From Gelria sp. (lineage in GTDB: Bacteria > Bacillota > Syntrophomonadia > Syntrophomonadales > Syntrophomonadaceae), in NCBI GenBank assembly GCA_012839665.1, contig DUMX01000083.1, forward strand, positions 1-44,450: DNA of 44,450 nt. Reading direction: 5' to 3'. Shown piece after piece: positions 18,601-28,000 of this stretch. Below the pieces are notes generated by a model. The model did not search any database and was not told where the DNA came from. It saw only the letters and a list, made by a program, of their open reading frames with translations. How positions within the stretch are numbered: the stretch's first letter is position 1; each line of letters starts with the position of its first letter. The position numbers and the translations under genes were made by a program.

Positions 18601-19285
18601 CCGAGAAGTGCTGGAAGAAAAACAGCAGGCCGGGGAGCAGGAATTAAAAGATATTCAGCAGGAAATTGGGGCCGCTGAAAAGACCCTGCAAGATAGCCAG
18701 GAAACTGCCCGGCAGATAGAGGCGCAAATGCAAAGAATTGAGCAACAAGAAGAAGAACTGGGACGCTGGCAGGTCTTGCATAATTTGATAGGTTCTGCTG
18801 ATGGCAAGAAATATCGTAATTTTGCCCAGGGTTTAAGTTTTGACATTATGATAAAACATGCTAATCGTCAGCTACAGAAGATGAGTGACCGCTACGTACT
18901 GCGGCGTAATCCGGGCCAGGTTTTAGAGTTAGATGTCATCGATAATTACCAGGCGGGAGAAATCCGCTCTACCACTAACCTTTCCGGAGGCGAGAGTTTT
19001 ATAGTCAGTCTGGCTCTGGCCCTGGGATTATCTGCTATGGCCAGCCGCAAAGTCAGCGTGGATTCACTATTTTTAGACGAAGGCTTCGGCGCTTTGGATG
19101 AAGATACTCTCGATATTGCGCTGAACACCCTGGCCGGGTTGCAGCAGGAAGGCAAACTGATTGGGCTTATTTCCCATGTCCCCGCCCTTAAAGAGCGCAT
19201 CAGCACCCAGATCCAGGTCATACCCCAATCCGGAGGCCGCAGCCTCCTACAGGGCCCTGGTTGTCGTTTGGTGGTTTCTTATTAA
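15605..19285 (+). CDS. sbcC: Exonuclease SbcCD, ATPase subunit C (Rad50/SMC-like)
   Basis: AGGAGG RBS. Walker A GPTGAGKTT. Very long coiled coil with a central zinc hook CPLCG (about nt 17400). Signature LSGGESF. Walker B LFLDEGFG. Confidence 0.9.
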   Translation: MRIHEVRFQNLNSLVGEWKIDFSDPAYLADGIFAITGPTGAGKTTILDAICLALYGRTPRLERVNRSSNEIMSRHTGSCYAEISFETREGSFRCHWSQQRAYKKPGGELQTHKHEISDALDGKVLENKIRDVALKVEEITGMNFNRFTRSILLAQGGFAAFLQASPDERAPILEQITGTEIYSEISIQVHERQREEKNCLEILQAEIAGMKVLSAEEEEDLREGIDHKTSQEKKQQEELGFLRKALAWLDQIAQLEEEIGSLQMQWGQHRERQEAFQEDRLRLQRARQAMILDAPYAQLTHLRELQTGEVEELEGIREELPRQREAITAAVKAWEKARQELNGLKILRKAEGEKAKQVRAMDLLIKQQGEQIEGIQALVSDGETECAALQDEIVDGKKKLKEMAGAWDNIEKYLRENNRDATLVTNLTGITRAFNQLKELVVALQKKDSEWQQAAVALKSLLDAGEQIAGTYDSNKEVQEHHYKVLQAEEDKLKEVLQGHEIDWWQDELDEYKERKDKLQELKQIWDRIIQIEEDLKGGRESVQRLEEEQKQLAREIEQGEEKERYLAEKIEGLETRVVLLSRIRDLEAERAQLEDGKACPLCGATEHPYARGNVPQMDESQEELNQTRKQHRELSKDLEKRKIQKGKLDKELEHARATVEQAEQQLGKEIKLRVYSMDELGLDLSEVKTRDEVGLQVNQSQENIKYYSQQLKTIAALQKNVGALALQYEESRTAFIQSDKDRQQSVWQQKQAQLEDERLEKEYQTLKDEVENLQAIALQEVSEYGITHLPLEKLSAILKILGERKTRWEAQQEEKLHLEKDINTAQSELDKLEIQLQTGKKALESERQKLKRQQEEYEKQREARLNLYGERDPDEEEKRLDEEIKAGENAVEEAREEAEVLKRREEFLVEREKTLVNVTQKRIPELQRMEESFARQLRQTDFKQEEDYLQAKLSNEERQSLSAAEEELKTEGTKLQASLSNSRKNLQREKDKNLTDEPREVLEEKQQAGEQELKDIQQEIGAAEKTLQDSQETARQIEAQMQRIEQQEEELGRWQVLHNLIGSADGKKYRNFAQGLSFDIMIKHANRQLQKMSDRYVLRRNPGQVLELDVIDNYQAGEIRSTTNLSGGESFIVSLALALGLSAMASRKVSVDSLFLDEGFGALDEDTLDIALNTLAGLQQEGKLIGLISHVPALKERISTQIQVIPQSGGRSLLQGPGCRLVVSY

Positions 19286-20793
19286 CCCTGCAAGGTTTTG
19301 ATAATGGTATTAATAGTGTCAATGGTAATACTTCGTTGAGTTTTATTCTGGGGTTGTTTATTTAGCATGAGGCGCATATAGTCCCAAAAGGCAGCATTCA
19401 TATTACTTTCATTTATAGCAAACGTAATTGCCGGGGGCGTGCTTTTTTCAATGATTACGCCTACATCTTCTTTACAATAGATCGAACAACCATATATTTT
19501 GCTGGTCGGAATAAGATGTACGTTATATGTATCAAAGGTTTGCAGGAGCTTAACAATATGTTGAAGATGTTTACTAAATTCCATTGGGGAGTAGGAAGCA
19601 AACATATGGGAGAAATTTATTATAGCCTCCCCGCATTCTATTGCTTGCAAATTAGGAAGAGGGACTATTTCTGTAAAGGCATAGGCCTGCAGGCTATTCT
19701 CAAAGCGTTTCATCCTCTTTTGGTGATAGGACAAAATTTGCTCCCGCCTATCCTTATCCATCCGTGAACATATGCTTTCGGCCACGCTAAATGGCATAGT
19801 AATAGTTGAAAACATATCAGATTTTAAAACCGAGTTACCTTCTTCTTCCTCAAATTCTGTAAGCACAGAAAGATAATCTCCCGGGTGGTTTGGTGTAAAA
19901 ATACGCATCAGTGGCCGGCAGAGAGAAAAATATTCCTGATATTCTTCTGTAAGTGCAACGATGGTGTTTTTATCGGTATAAAAGAAAGTAGCTGCATTTT
20001 TTGCGCCATCACCTACAGAACTTGAAGTAACTACGGCTGTATCGAGGGCAATAAAAAATGTATGCTTAAAAATTCCGTCACGGCTTTTAGGGTAGTAGTA
20101 GGGTTCTATGGCGCCAGTCATATAGAGCGGTAGCCACTTTTCAATTCCCAAAAACATTTCACCAAGATTGCGGTTTATTACATGAATAATTTTTATTTTA
20201 TTTCCATTCTGTATTACCTTGAATAATAGCTGGGCCCACCTTGCAGTAAATTCAGGGTCTTCCGTCAGCCATTCAATGCTTTCCTCGCTAAATAGATACA
20301 GAGTTGTAGGTGTTTTTCTCTTTATTACCAGAGATAAAAATTTTATAACTGCCTTTCGCTTACCCTCTATTCCATAAAAGATTGTCTCCTCTGATTCCCC
20401 ATTTTCAATAATATCCAGACTATCGGTGTCCAGCTCATTTGGCACCCTTTTAAATTGGAAATTGGTCAGGCCATCCATAAAGCTGGCAACCGAATTGGTT
20501 GGTATTATTTCTTCTAAAAACCAAACCTCTATTAATGCGATTAATTCAGTATCATTATCAGGCAAATCCTTTTGCAGAAATTCCCTTAATGCCGCTTTTT
20601 GATATTCAGTAGTACAATTGCGGACGAAATATTCTGACATTGCCCTTATGTAAGTTTGATTTTTGGAGGGAGTTCGGTCGCCTCTTCTTAAACGGCTGAC
20701 CAGGGACGGATCGATGGCACTGGCACGGGCCAGTACACTATTAGTTGTACTCGTTATATTCATTATAAAATCAAGCTTTTCACTGAAAGACAT
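19282..20793 (-). CDS. Helix-turn-helix (XRE-like) domain protein with a large uncharacterised C-terminal domain
   Basis: The N-terminus MSFSEKLDFIMNITSTTNSVLARASAIDPSLVSRLRRGDRTP resembles an HTH. I prefer the ATG at 20793 (GGTGGTG RBS) over the TTG at 20808. Its stop overlaps the sbcC stop by 4 nt (convergent). Confidence 0.65.
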   Translation of the reverse strand: MSFSEKLDFIMNITSTTNSVLARASAIDPSLVSRLRRGDRTPSKNQTYIRAMSEYFVRNCTTEYQKAALREFLQKDLPDNDTELIALIEVWFLEEIIPTNSVASFMDGLTNFQFKRVPNELDTDSLDIIENGESEETIFYGIEGKRKAVIKFLSLVIKRKTPTTLYLFSEESIEWLTEDPEFTARWAQLLFKVIQNGNKIKIIHVINRNLGEMFLGIEKWLPLYMTGAIEPYYYPKSRDGIFKHTFFIALDTAVVTSSSVGDGAKNAATFFYTDKNTIVALTEEYQEYFSLCRPLMRIFTPNHPGDYLSVLTEFEEEEGNSVLKSDMFSTITMPFSVAESICSRMDKDRREQILSYHQKRMKRFENSLQAYAFTEIVPLPNLQAIECGEAIINFSHMFASYSPMEFSKHLQHIVKLLQTFDTYNVHLIPTSKIYGCSIYCKEDVGVIIEKSTPPAITFAINESNMNAAFWDYMRLMLNKQPQNKTQRSITIDTINTIIKTLQG

Positions 20794-20850
20794 TTGGTTC
20801 ACCACCAATTAGCAGTATATATTCTTATATTACATTATTCGGGGTTGGTT

Positions 20851-20884
20851 TTGACACAATTCATGTCAAAAATTTGTCAATGAC
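20851..20884. promoter_or_regulatory. Cluster of TGTCA/TGACA half-sites (candidate operator) in the divergent intergenic region
   Basis: TTGACA (20851-20856), 7 nt, TGTCAA (20864-20869) forms an inverted repeat. It is followed by TTGTCA (20874-20879) and the palindrome GTCAATGAC (20876-20884). A TATAAT lies at 20923-20928 upstream of the 105-aa ORF. Confidence 0.35.
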
Positions 20885-20947
20885 GAATGGCGAAAACCTA
20901 TTTCAAACAAAATAGCGGTAAATATAATGTAAACAGAGGTGGTAGCG

Positions 20948-21256
20948 ATGCCATATAATGTCAGGCTTAGAGCCGGATTTTTTAAAACTCAGCCATACGT
21001 GCTGGATATTGTGGGAAAGCAAATTGTTCTCTACCCAAAACATGCCACGGATATGGAGAAATTTGTAATAGATGAACATGATTTGAACACCATAAGCATA
21101 ATTAAAGGTATTAAAAATTTGACGGAGTTCGAAATCAAAACCCAAACCGGTATATACATAGGAATTATTGATAGCAGGACAAATCTCGAGGAACTGTTAT
21201 GTGATCTCACCCGGGAATTTGGTAGAAAGTTCATTATTAATGGGAGGGATAGCTAG
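20948..21256 (+). CDS. Hypothetical protein (102 aa)
   Basis: AGAGGTGG RBS lies 5 nt before the ATG at 20948. I recognise no motif. It is the first ORF of the same-strand cluster. Confidence 0.45.
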   Translation: MPYNVRLRAGFFKTQPYVLDIVGKQIVLYPKHATDMEKFVIDEHDLNTISIIKGIKNLTEFEIKTQTGIYIGIIDSRTNLEELLCDLTREFGRKFIINGRDS

Positions 21257-21305
21257 GAAAATATTTTTGAAAGGTTCTTTATTAAATGTTAGGAGTTGAT
21301 TGCTA

Positions 21306-21872
21306 ATGAACACTGTTGTCATAATTACCATCGTCTCGGTTTTATTGGTAGCCCTGGTAATATTTCTGATTGCCACTTATAACAATCTGGTACAGCTACG
21401 GCAAAGGCTACGTAACGCCTGGTCGCAGGTGGATGTCCAGTTGAAACGCCGTTATGATTTAATCCCCAATCTGGTTAATGCCATTCAGGGCTATGCTGCT
21501 CATGAAAGGGCAATCTTTGAAGAAGTTGCCCGGGTACGCAGTCAGGCTATGACGGCTACATCAGTAGCTGAACAATCGCAGGCAGAAAATTTGTTAACCG
21601 GGGCCTTACGTTCCCTGTTTGCGGTGGCAGAAAATTACCCTGAACTGAAGGCCAATACAAACTTTTTACAGTTGCAGGAAGAACTAACCAATACCGAAAG
21701 TAAGATTGCTTATTCCCGCCAGTTTTACAACGATACTGTCCAAAAATTTAATACTCGGATTGAACTGTTTCCTACCAATTTAGTAGCCGGGATGCTAGGA
21801 TTCGGTCCGGCTGACTATTTCACTCTGCAAGGTGAACCGGAAGCCCGCCAGGCAGTACAGGTGAAGTTTTAA
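21306..21872 (+). CDS. lemA: LemA family protein
   Basis: N-terminal TM helix, then YNNLVQLRQRLRNAWSQVDVQLKRRYDLIPNLV...AENYPELKAN...YSRQFYND, which is typical of LemA. Confidence 0.88.
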   Translation: MNTVVIITIVSVLLVALVIFLIATYNNLVQLRQRLRNAWSQVDVQLKRRYDLIPNLVNAIQGYAAHERAIFEEVARVRSQAMTATSVAEQSQAENLLTGALRSLFAVAENYPELKANTNFLQLQEELTNTESKIAYSRQFYNDTVQKFNTRIELFPTNLVAGMLGFGPADYFTLQGEPEARQAVQVKF

Positions 21873-21915
21873 TTAGAAAATAACGGGAGGTTAATTTTGG
21901 GGAGGGATTTTTAAA

Positions 21916-23808
21916 GTGTTGGCAAGAGGCAATAAGCTGGGATTAATTATACTTTATACGCTATTTATAACTTTTTTGTTTGGTGCCTTTTATCCGGCAA
22001 TAGCTCAGGCCCGTAGTTTAGAAATGGATAAACTGGCGATTGATGCTGAGCTGCTTCCGGATGGTTCTATGCAGGTGACCGAGCATATAACCGTTACTTT
22101 TCATGGTTCTTATAATGGATATTTTGTTTCCATTCCCCAGGATAATGCCCCGATTACGGACATCCTGGTATCTGAAAACGGGAGCCCCTACCAGTTTAAC
22201 CCCGAACAGAGTTATGGGCCTCCGGGTACCTATCTGGTTAAACAGGAAGGCAACATACTTACCATTGACTGGAGTATTAATGCCAGTGATGAACAACGTA
22301 CCTTTGACGTTAGTTACCGGGTTAATAACTTAATTAAAATGCACACTGATGTAGCCGAATTTTATCGCAAGTTTGTCTCTTCTGATAACGCTCAAAAGAT
22401 TGGGCAGGTAATAGTGCGACTGCAATTACCAGCCGGGGCAGAAAATTTGCAGCAGGGTACTGATATCCGCATCTGGGGACATGGTCCCCTCCATGGTGAA
22501 GTTCAATTTACCGGACCCCGGGAGGTTACCTGGCAGATTGAGGATATGCCCAGCAATAAATTCCTGGAGGGGCGTATGGTTTTGCCCCTGCAGCTTTTCC
22601 CTGCTGCTCCCGCTGAACTTTCTACCGGGCAGGCGGGCCTGCCAATTATTATGGATGAAGAGGGACGCTGGGCTGAAGGTGCTAATCGCCGGCGCCAGGA
22701 GGCTCGTATGCAGGTTGGCATAGCCATTTTAATTCCTCTTTTGACCTTATTTGCTTTATTCCTTATGTGGCGTAAATACGGTAAAGAGTATCAAGCTGAG
22801 TTTCAGGGCGATTACTACCGGGAACTTCCGGCTGATTATTCCCCGGCTGAACTATCAGTTTTATGGAACTGGGGGCAGGTAAAAACGCATGATATTACAG
22901 CCACCTTGCTGGATTTGGCCCGACGACAATATATTACTATTGAGCAGGAACTATATGAGAAAAAACGCTTATTGGGAACCAAAGAAGTTACCACCTATTT
23001 ACTCAGCCTACGAAAAGAAAAATACGATGCCGAGCAGGAGAAGTTGCGCCCCCATGAAATTGATTTAATAAAATTGATCTTCTCTAAAATTAGCAAAGGT
23101 AAACCTTATTTGTATCTATATGAAATTGAGGAGTACTCCAAAGAACATAGCCGGGGCTTCTATAATTTCTGGTTAGGGTGGAAAAATGACTTGGCGGCAA
23201 TTGGAGAAACTAACGAGTGGTTTCTAGGAACTCCAAGCCGTATTCGCTGGATTGCTGCTGGAGTAGCGCTGGTATTCTTTTTAACTGGCCTGATATTAAT
23301 CAGAGCTGAAGTCGTCCTTCCTGGAGTTAGTATATTTCTCTGCAGTTTCTTCATTGCTATCGTACCGGCTAAATTTAAACGGCGATCTCAACCGGCCCAT
23401 GAGGATTTGCGTAAATGGGAAGCTTTTAAACTTTTCTTACTGCATTTTTCTAATATGGAAAGACACGAAATCCCCAGTTTAGTTATATGGGAACACTATC
23501 TGGTTTACGCTGTTACTTTGGGGGTAGCCAAAGAGGTAATGAAGCAACTGGAAATAGTCTTTCCTAATTTGCAGGAGGACGATTATCGTTTTGGTCAGTA
23601 CTGGTGGTATAGCCAAACCGGTTTTGCTATGGCAGGCTTGAGTGACAATTTTGATAAGATTTCCGAGAGTATCCAGCATTCAATTCAGGTAGCAGAGAAA
23701 ACTGTTAAGGCAGCTGAAAGCAAGTCATCCTCGGGCTCCGGCGGCGGGGGAGGCTTCTCCGGCGGAGGCGGCGGTGGTTCCGGTGGCGGCAGTTACGGTG
23801 GCCGTTAG
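21916..23808 (+). CDS. DUF2207-type membrane protein with a Gly-rich C-terminal tail
   Basis: Signal/TM at the N-terminus, an extracytoplasmic beta-rich domain and internal TM helices. The tail is SSSGSGGGGGFSGGGGGGSGGGSYGGR. The position directly after lemA is the usual LemA-DUF2207 pairing. Confidence 0.8.
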   Translation: MLARGNKLGLIILYTLFITFLFGAFYPAIAQARSLEMDKLAIDAELLPDGSMQVTEHITVTFHGSYNGYFVSIPQDNAPITDILVSENGSPYQFNPEQSYGPPGTYLVKQEGNILTIDWSINASDEQRTFDVSYRVNNLIKMHTDVAEFYRKFVSSDNAQKIGQVIVRLQLPAGAENLQQGTDIRIWGHGPLHGEVQFTGPREVTWQIEDMPSNKFLEGRMVLPLQLFPAAPAELSTGQAGLPIIMDEEGRWAEGANRRRQEARMQVGIAILIPLLTLFALFLMWRKYGKEYQAEFQGDYYRELPADYSPAELSVLWNWGQVKTHDITATLLDLARRQYITIEQELYEKKRLLGTKEVTTYLLSLRKEKYDAEQEKLRPHEIDLIKLIFSKISKGKPYLYLYEIEEYSKEHSRGFYNFWLGWKNDLAAIGETNEWFLGTPSRIRWIAAGVALVFFLTGLILIRAEVVLPGVSIFLCSFFIAIVPAKFKRRSQPAHEDLRKWEAFKLFLLHFSNMERHEIPSLVIWEHYLVYAVTLGVAKEVMKQLEIVFPNLQEDDYRFGQYWWYSQTGFAMAGLSDNFDKISESIQHSIQVAEKTVKAAESKSSSGSGGGGGFSGGGGGGSGGGSYGGR

Positions 23809-23826
23809 AGACTTTAAGGAGTGATG

Positions 23827-24402
23827 ATGTTCATGAATGCTATTGCACCGGCTGTACAGCCAAGATGGAAAGTTGCGCTAAGTATGATGATTAATCCGGG
23901 CGAAGTGGTCAAAAACCAGATGTCACAAGTACCCTGGCCGTTTTCGCTGCTAGTATCCGGTTTATCATTTACGTTATTTTTTCTACAAACCGGTCTGGAT
24001 ATGCTGCGTTCCGGGCAAATCAGTACTTCTACTGTAGTCCTTATCACTATGCTAGGTCTGGTCTACGGCACGGTTGGAATTGCTCTAATTGCAGCTATGG
24101 CCTGGGCCTTAGCTCAGGGTTCAGAGCGATCCTATACTATAGATTGGGCTATTTCCGCGTTTGCCCTGGGTTATTCAGCTACCCTGGTTTATGCCTTACT
24201 GGGAATTATTTTTTCTCTGGCGTTGGGATGGAAAACGGCGGTAGCTTTTGGGGTGACCGGTGTTTTATGGGCGCTTCGGCCTACGTTATTTACAGTACGG
24301 CAGATGTCCGGTGATCGCATGGCCTTTAGTATTGCTTTGGCCACGCTCTGTGGTGCTATTCTGCTTTTTGGCTGGGCCTTATTAGGACGCTTTGGGTTTT
24401 AA
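23827..24402 (+). CDS. Multipass membrane protein (about 5 TM; Yip1-like, tentative)
   Basis: AAGGAG at 23816-23821. Possible starts are 23824, 23827 and 23833. Hydrophobic segments run throughout. Confidence 0.6.
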   Translation: MFMNAIAPAVQPRWKVALSMMINPGEVVKNQMSQVPWPFSLLVSGLSFTLFFLQTGLDMLRSGQISTSTVVLITMLGLVYGTVGIALIAAMAWALAQGSERSYTIDWAISAFALGYSATLVYALLGIIFSLALGWKTAVAFGVTGVLWALRPTLFTVRQMSGDRMAFSIALATLCGAILLFGWALLGRFGF

Positions 24403-24407
24403 CAGAT

Positions 24408-24480
24408 ACGGGGAATAGACGCGGACTCGCTACGCTCGCGCGGATTAAGAAAGGATTTACGCAGATTTTAATAAGAATTC
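24408..24480 (+). repeat. Copy C of the dispersed intergenic repeat family
   Basis: ACGGGGAATAGACGC (24408-24422) is followed by GGATTAAGAAAGGATTTACGCAGATTTTAATAAGAATTC. It fills the only gap over 50 nt inside the gene cluster. Confidence 0.5.
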
Positions 24481-24503
24481 AATTATGGGGAGCTGGTGGG
24501 ATT

Positions 24504-24998
24504 ATGGAAATGAATTTGGGTTATGCAGGTAGTGCCGGCCAGAGAACGGTAAAACTCGGGCCCGTATATTTATGCTTCCTGGTATTTGGCATACTAATTC
24601 CTTTTAGTAAGCCCGAATTTAGCTGGATGACCTTATTATCATCAATATTTCTCGCTTTGGTAATGGGGTTACTGGCGGTAAATATGCTTATTATGCTATT
24701 AAATAACGGTAATCCAGTTTTACGAGCCGAAAGCGGAGGTCAGTTTGCCCGGGAAGCCGTTAGTACAGGGATGCTGTTTATGATTCCCTTTACCGTCCTG
24801 GCCGTTTTAGCCCTGGTAGTGTTAGGTTGGGATGCAGTAATGCCATTTGCTTCGACTGCTATAATGACTGCTGCTGCTACGGCTGGTACGGAAGCAATGA
24901 AAAAGGGAGCCCAGGGTATGAAAAATATGATGATACCAACGGTAATAGCTATGCTGGTTTCTACCGGCTGGATGATGCTGGTGGGATTGTTACCATAA
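24504..24998 (+). CDS. Small membrane protein (about 4 TM), uncharacterised
   Basis: Four hydrophobic stretches. It ends 9-18 nt before the start of the giant ORF. An alternative ATG is at 24510. Confidence 0.55.
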   Translation: MEMNLGYAGSAGQRTVKLGPVYLCFLVFGILIPFSKPEFSWMTLLSSIFLALVMGLLAVNMLIMLLNNGNPVLRAESGGQFAREAVSTGMLFMIPFTVLAVLALVVLGWDAVMPFASTAIMTAAATAGTEAMKKGAQGMKNMMIPTVIAMLVSTGWMMLVGLLP

Positions 24999-25007
24999 GG
25001 GGCGGAG

Positions 25008-28000
25008 GTGAAAAGCTTGTCAATATTATATTTGGCTAGAAATAAGAAACGAATCCGAAAAAACCTTGGGGTAGTATTTGCCTTATCTTTTATGTTTATG
25101 ATTCTGATATCTTCCTGGGGACCAGGAACTGCTCTGGCAGGAAGTGTCGGGGATGTAGTCACCCAGGTATCCAAGGCCAATACTGGCTCACCGGAATTTA
25201 AGTTTGGGCAGGAATCGGCTACCGGCTATGGCTTTGCCATTCATGCCGGCATGGGTAACTACGGTGACGGCGGCGGGTGTATGCTCAGTGTGCTAGGACC
25301 GGCACAGCCGGATGAAATACAAATCATGATCGATTATGTTGACGGGATATCGCAGGTTACTTACATCCGGACCACCCAGATGAAAGGCTGCGAAGTAAGA
25401 GAATATACCACGGATGACGGGGTAGGTATCGGGGTGGTCCTGCCGGATTATTTTATTACTGTGGAAATGCTGGATACCGGCTTAAACCAGGGTGCTAATA
25501 TGGCAGCTGCCAAGAGTATTGCCCAGCAGACTTTAGACGGGCTGGAACGGGCCGGGCTATTAAGTCAGGCTGCTCCAGACATAGAATCAGGAAAACCGGC
25601 AGCAGATCCTGCACCGAAAGATTCCGCGCCTGCAACTGCAAGCCCGGCTGGAGTCGGTTCTGTTGGAAATATACCTGGACCATCCAACACCACGGAAGCG
25701 GTGACGGGTGTTGTCGTTCCCGGATTGATCGCGACCGCCTTAGGGGCTTTAGGCGGCTTAGGCGGTGGCGGATTCATACCTCCGGCAGGCGGAACACCCA
25801 TATATCCCACTGGCGGAGGGCCATCACCACTTACCGGAGGATCTTATCCGGGAGCCGGAAATGCTCGTCCTGGTGCAATCCAGGGAGTCAACCAATTAGG
25901 TGGCAGACGGCGTGGTGAGGAAATCTATGTCGATACGGGTGCCATAGGGCAAAAAGCAATTGATATAAGAGAAGTTGAACAACCGGCAGATCATGGCATG
26001 ATTATTGATACTGCAGATATGTTTGAAACTCCTATAGCTGTTCAGCATGAGCCCGGTGTCATAATTGACACCGCAGATGAAGCGGGCATATTTGTACAGC
26101 CCGAGCCGGAAATTTATGTCGATACGGTTGATATGCATGAGCAAGCTATCGATATCAGGGAACCGGGGGGAGAAGCGGGTATCCACATCGATACCACGGA
26201 TATGTTCGAAGAAAGTCCCGTACCGGGAGCAATCGATGAAAAGAGAATTTTCATTGAGACGGAGGATGAGGCAGCCCTGTTTACGAAATCTGGATCGGAT
26301 CTGGAGATAGAAGCGGAGCCAGTGAAGACTCAGGCGTTCAGTGCCAGAGAAGGGGAAGCAGGAGGAGCACATTTTGCCACGGCGGAAAACAGCGAAGGGG
26401 CTCCAGCTGCGGCACAATCTGAACATCTGTATACAGACGCTGGAGATTCAGAAGTTCCTCTTGACACCAGTTCGCTGGAAGACAGCACGGGGGCGGAAAC
26501 GGTCCCCGGATCTGAAGAAGCAGCTACGGCCGCGGGAGCAGAAGGACAAAGTGCAGAACAGACTACTGTCGCCGATGTTGATAAGATTTATGACCAGAAC
26601 GGGTTTGATCCGGAAGGTTACAATCGAGAAGGCTTCGATAAAGAAGGATTTGATCGGCAAGGCTTTGATCGGCAAGGCTTTGATAAAGACGGATTCGATA
26701 GAGCCGGATTTAATGCTGAAGGCTTTGATAAAGAAGGCTTCAATAAGGCTGGATTCGATAAAGCGGGCTTCAACCGCGAAGGATTTGACCAGGCAGGTTT
26801 TGACCGGGAAGGATTCGATAGAGCCGGATTTAATGCTGAAGGCTTTGACAAAGAAGGCTTTAACAAGGCTGGATTCGATAAAGCGGGCTTCAACCGCGAA
26901 GGCTTTGACCGGGCGGGTTTTGACCGGGAAGGATTCGATAAAGCCGGATTTAATGCTGAAGGCTTTGACAAAGAAGGCTTTAACAAGGCTGGATTCGATA
27001 AAGCGGGATTCAATCGTGAAGGCTTTGACAAATCAGGTTTTGACCGGGAAGGATTCGATAAAGCCGGATTCAATGCTGAAGGATTTGACAAAGAAGGCTT
27101 CAATAAGGCCGGATTTGACCAAGAGGGATTCAATCGTGAAGGCTTTGACCAGGCAGGTTTTGATCGAGATGGGCTCGATAGAGCCGGATTCAATGCTGAA
27201 GGATTTGACAAAGAAGGCTTTAATAAGGCTGGATTCGATAAAGCGGGCTTCAACCGCGAAGGATTTGACAAGACAGGTTTTGATAAAGAGGGCTTTGATA
27301 AATCAGGATTTGACCGGGAAGGATTCGATAAAGCTGGATTCAATGCCGAAGGCTTCGACAGAGAAGGTTTCAATAAAGCTGGCTTTGATAAAGAAGGTTA
27401 TGGACGCAATGGTTTCGGCTCGGAAGGCTTTGACCGAGAAGGCTATGATGTAAACGGCTATGACCGCAAGGGATTCAACCGCAGCGGTTTTGATGCCAAA
27501 GGGTATGATAAACAAGGTTATGACAAAGAAGGGTTCAACAAGGATGGATGGGACCGGGAAGGTTATGATCACAAGGGGTTTGACGAGAACGGATGGGATC
27601 GTGAAGGCTACGATAAGAATGGTTTCGATAAAGAAGGATATGACCGTGAGGGATATAACCGGGAAGGCCAGTCAAAAGAAGGGTATGACGCAGACGGTTA
27701 TGACAAAAAAGGCTTTAATGAGCATGGCTATGACCGTGACGGCTATGACCGGGAAGGATTTGATTTCGAAGGCTATAGCCGGTCCGGTTACGATCCCTGG
27801 GGTTACAACCGCCAGGGTTACGATAAGGACGGATATCACTGGAGCGGTTATAACGCCGATGGATACAACCGGGCAGGAATGCACTGGACTGATAACCCCT
27901 ACGAAGAAGGTAGTATATGGAATGTAGACACTTACAATCCCTTTGATGGAAGGGTAGTCGATTTAGGTGGACGGAGAGAAGCCTGGGAGCCGACCAAACC

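Noticed and set aside
14362-19285. I considered whether the nuclease/SMC-like pair next to the R-M operon is a defence system (Lamassu, Wadjet or Gabija-like) rather than SbcCD.
   Set aside because: All Mre11 phosphoesterase motifs are present, together with Rad50-type Walker A/B, the signature motif and a central CPLC zinc hook. Subunit sizes and order are canonical. Nothing distinguishes it from housekeeping sbcDC.
26341-27453. Long alternative-frame and antisense ORFs across the pentad array: 26341..27453 + (370 aa), 26618..27373 - (251 aa) and 27460..27927 + (155 aa).
   Set aside because: They exist only because the 15-nt periodic repeat is free of stops in several frames. They have no RBS and their products are low-complexity echoes (for example KPSLSKPSALNP). 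They lie wholly inside the 2013-aa ORF, which continues into non-repetitive sequence on both sides.
26601-27890. Assignment of the pentads to the classical pentapeptide-repeat (A[D/N]LXX, Rfr-fold) family.
   Set aside because: In that family D/N precedes the central L/F. Here the aromatic residue precedes D/N and is itself preceded by an invariant Gly, so the register does not fit. I left it as an unassigned repeat class.
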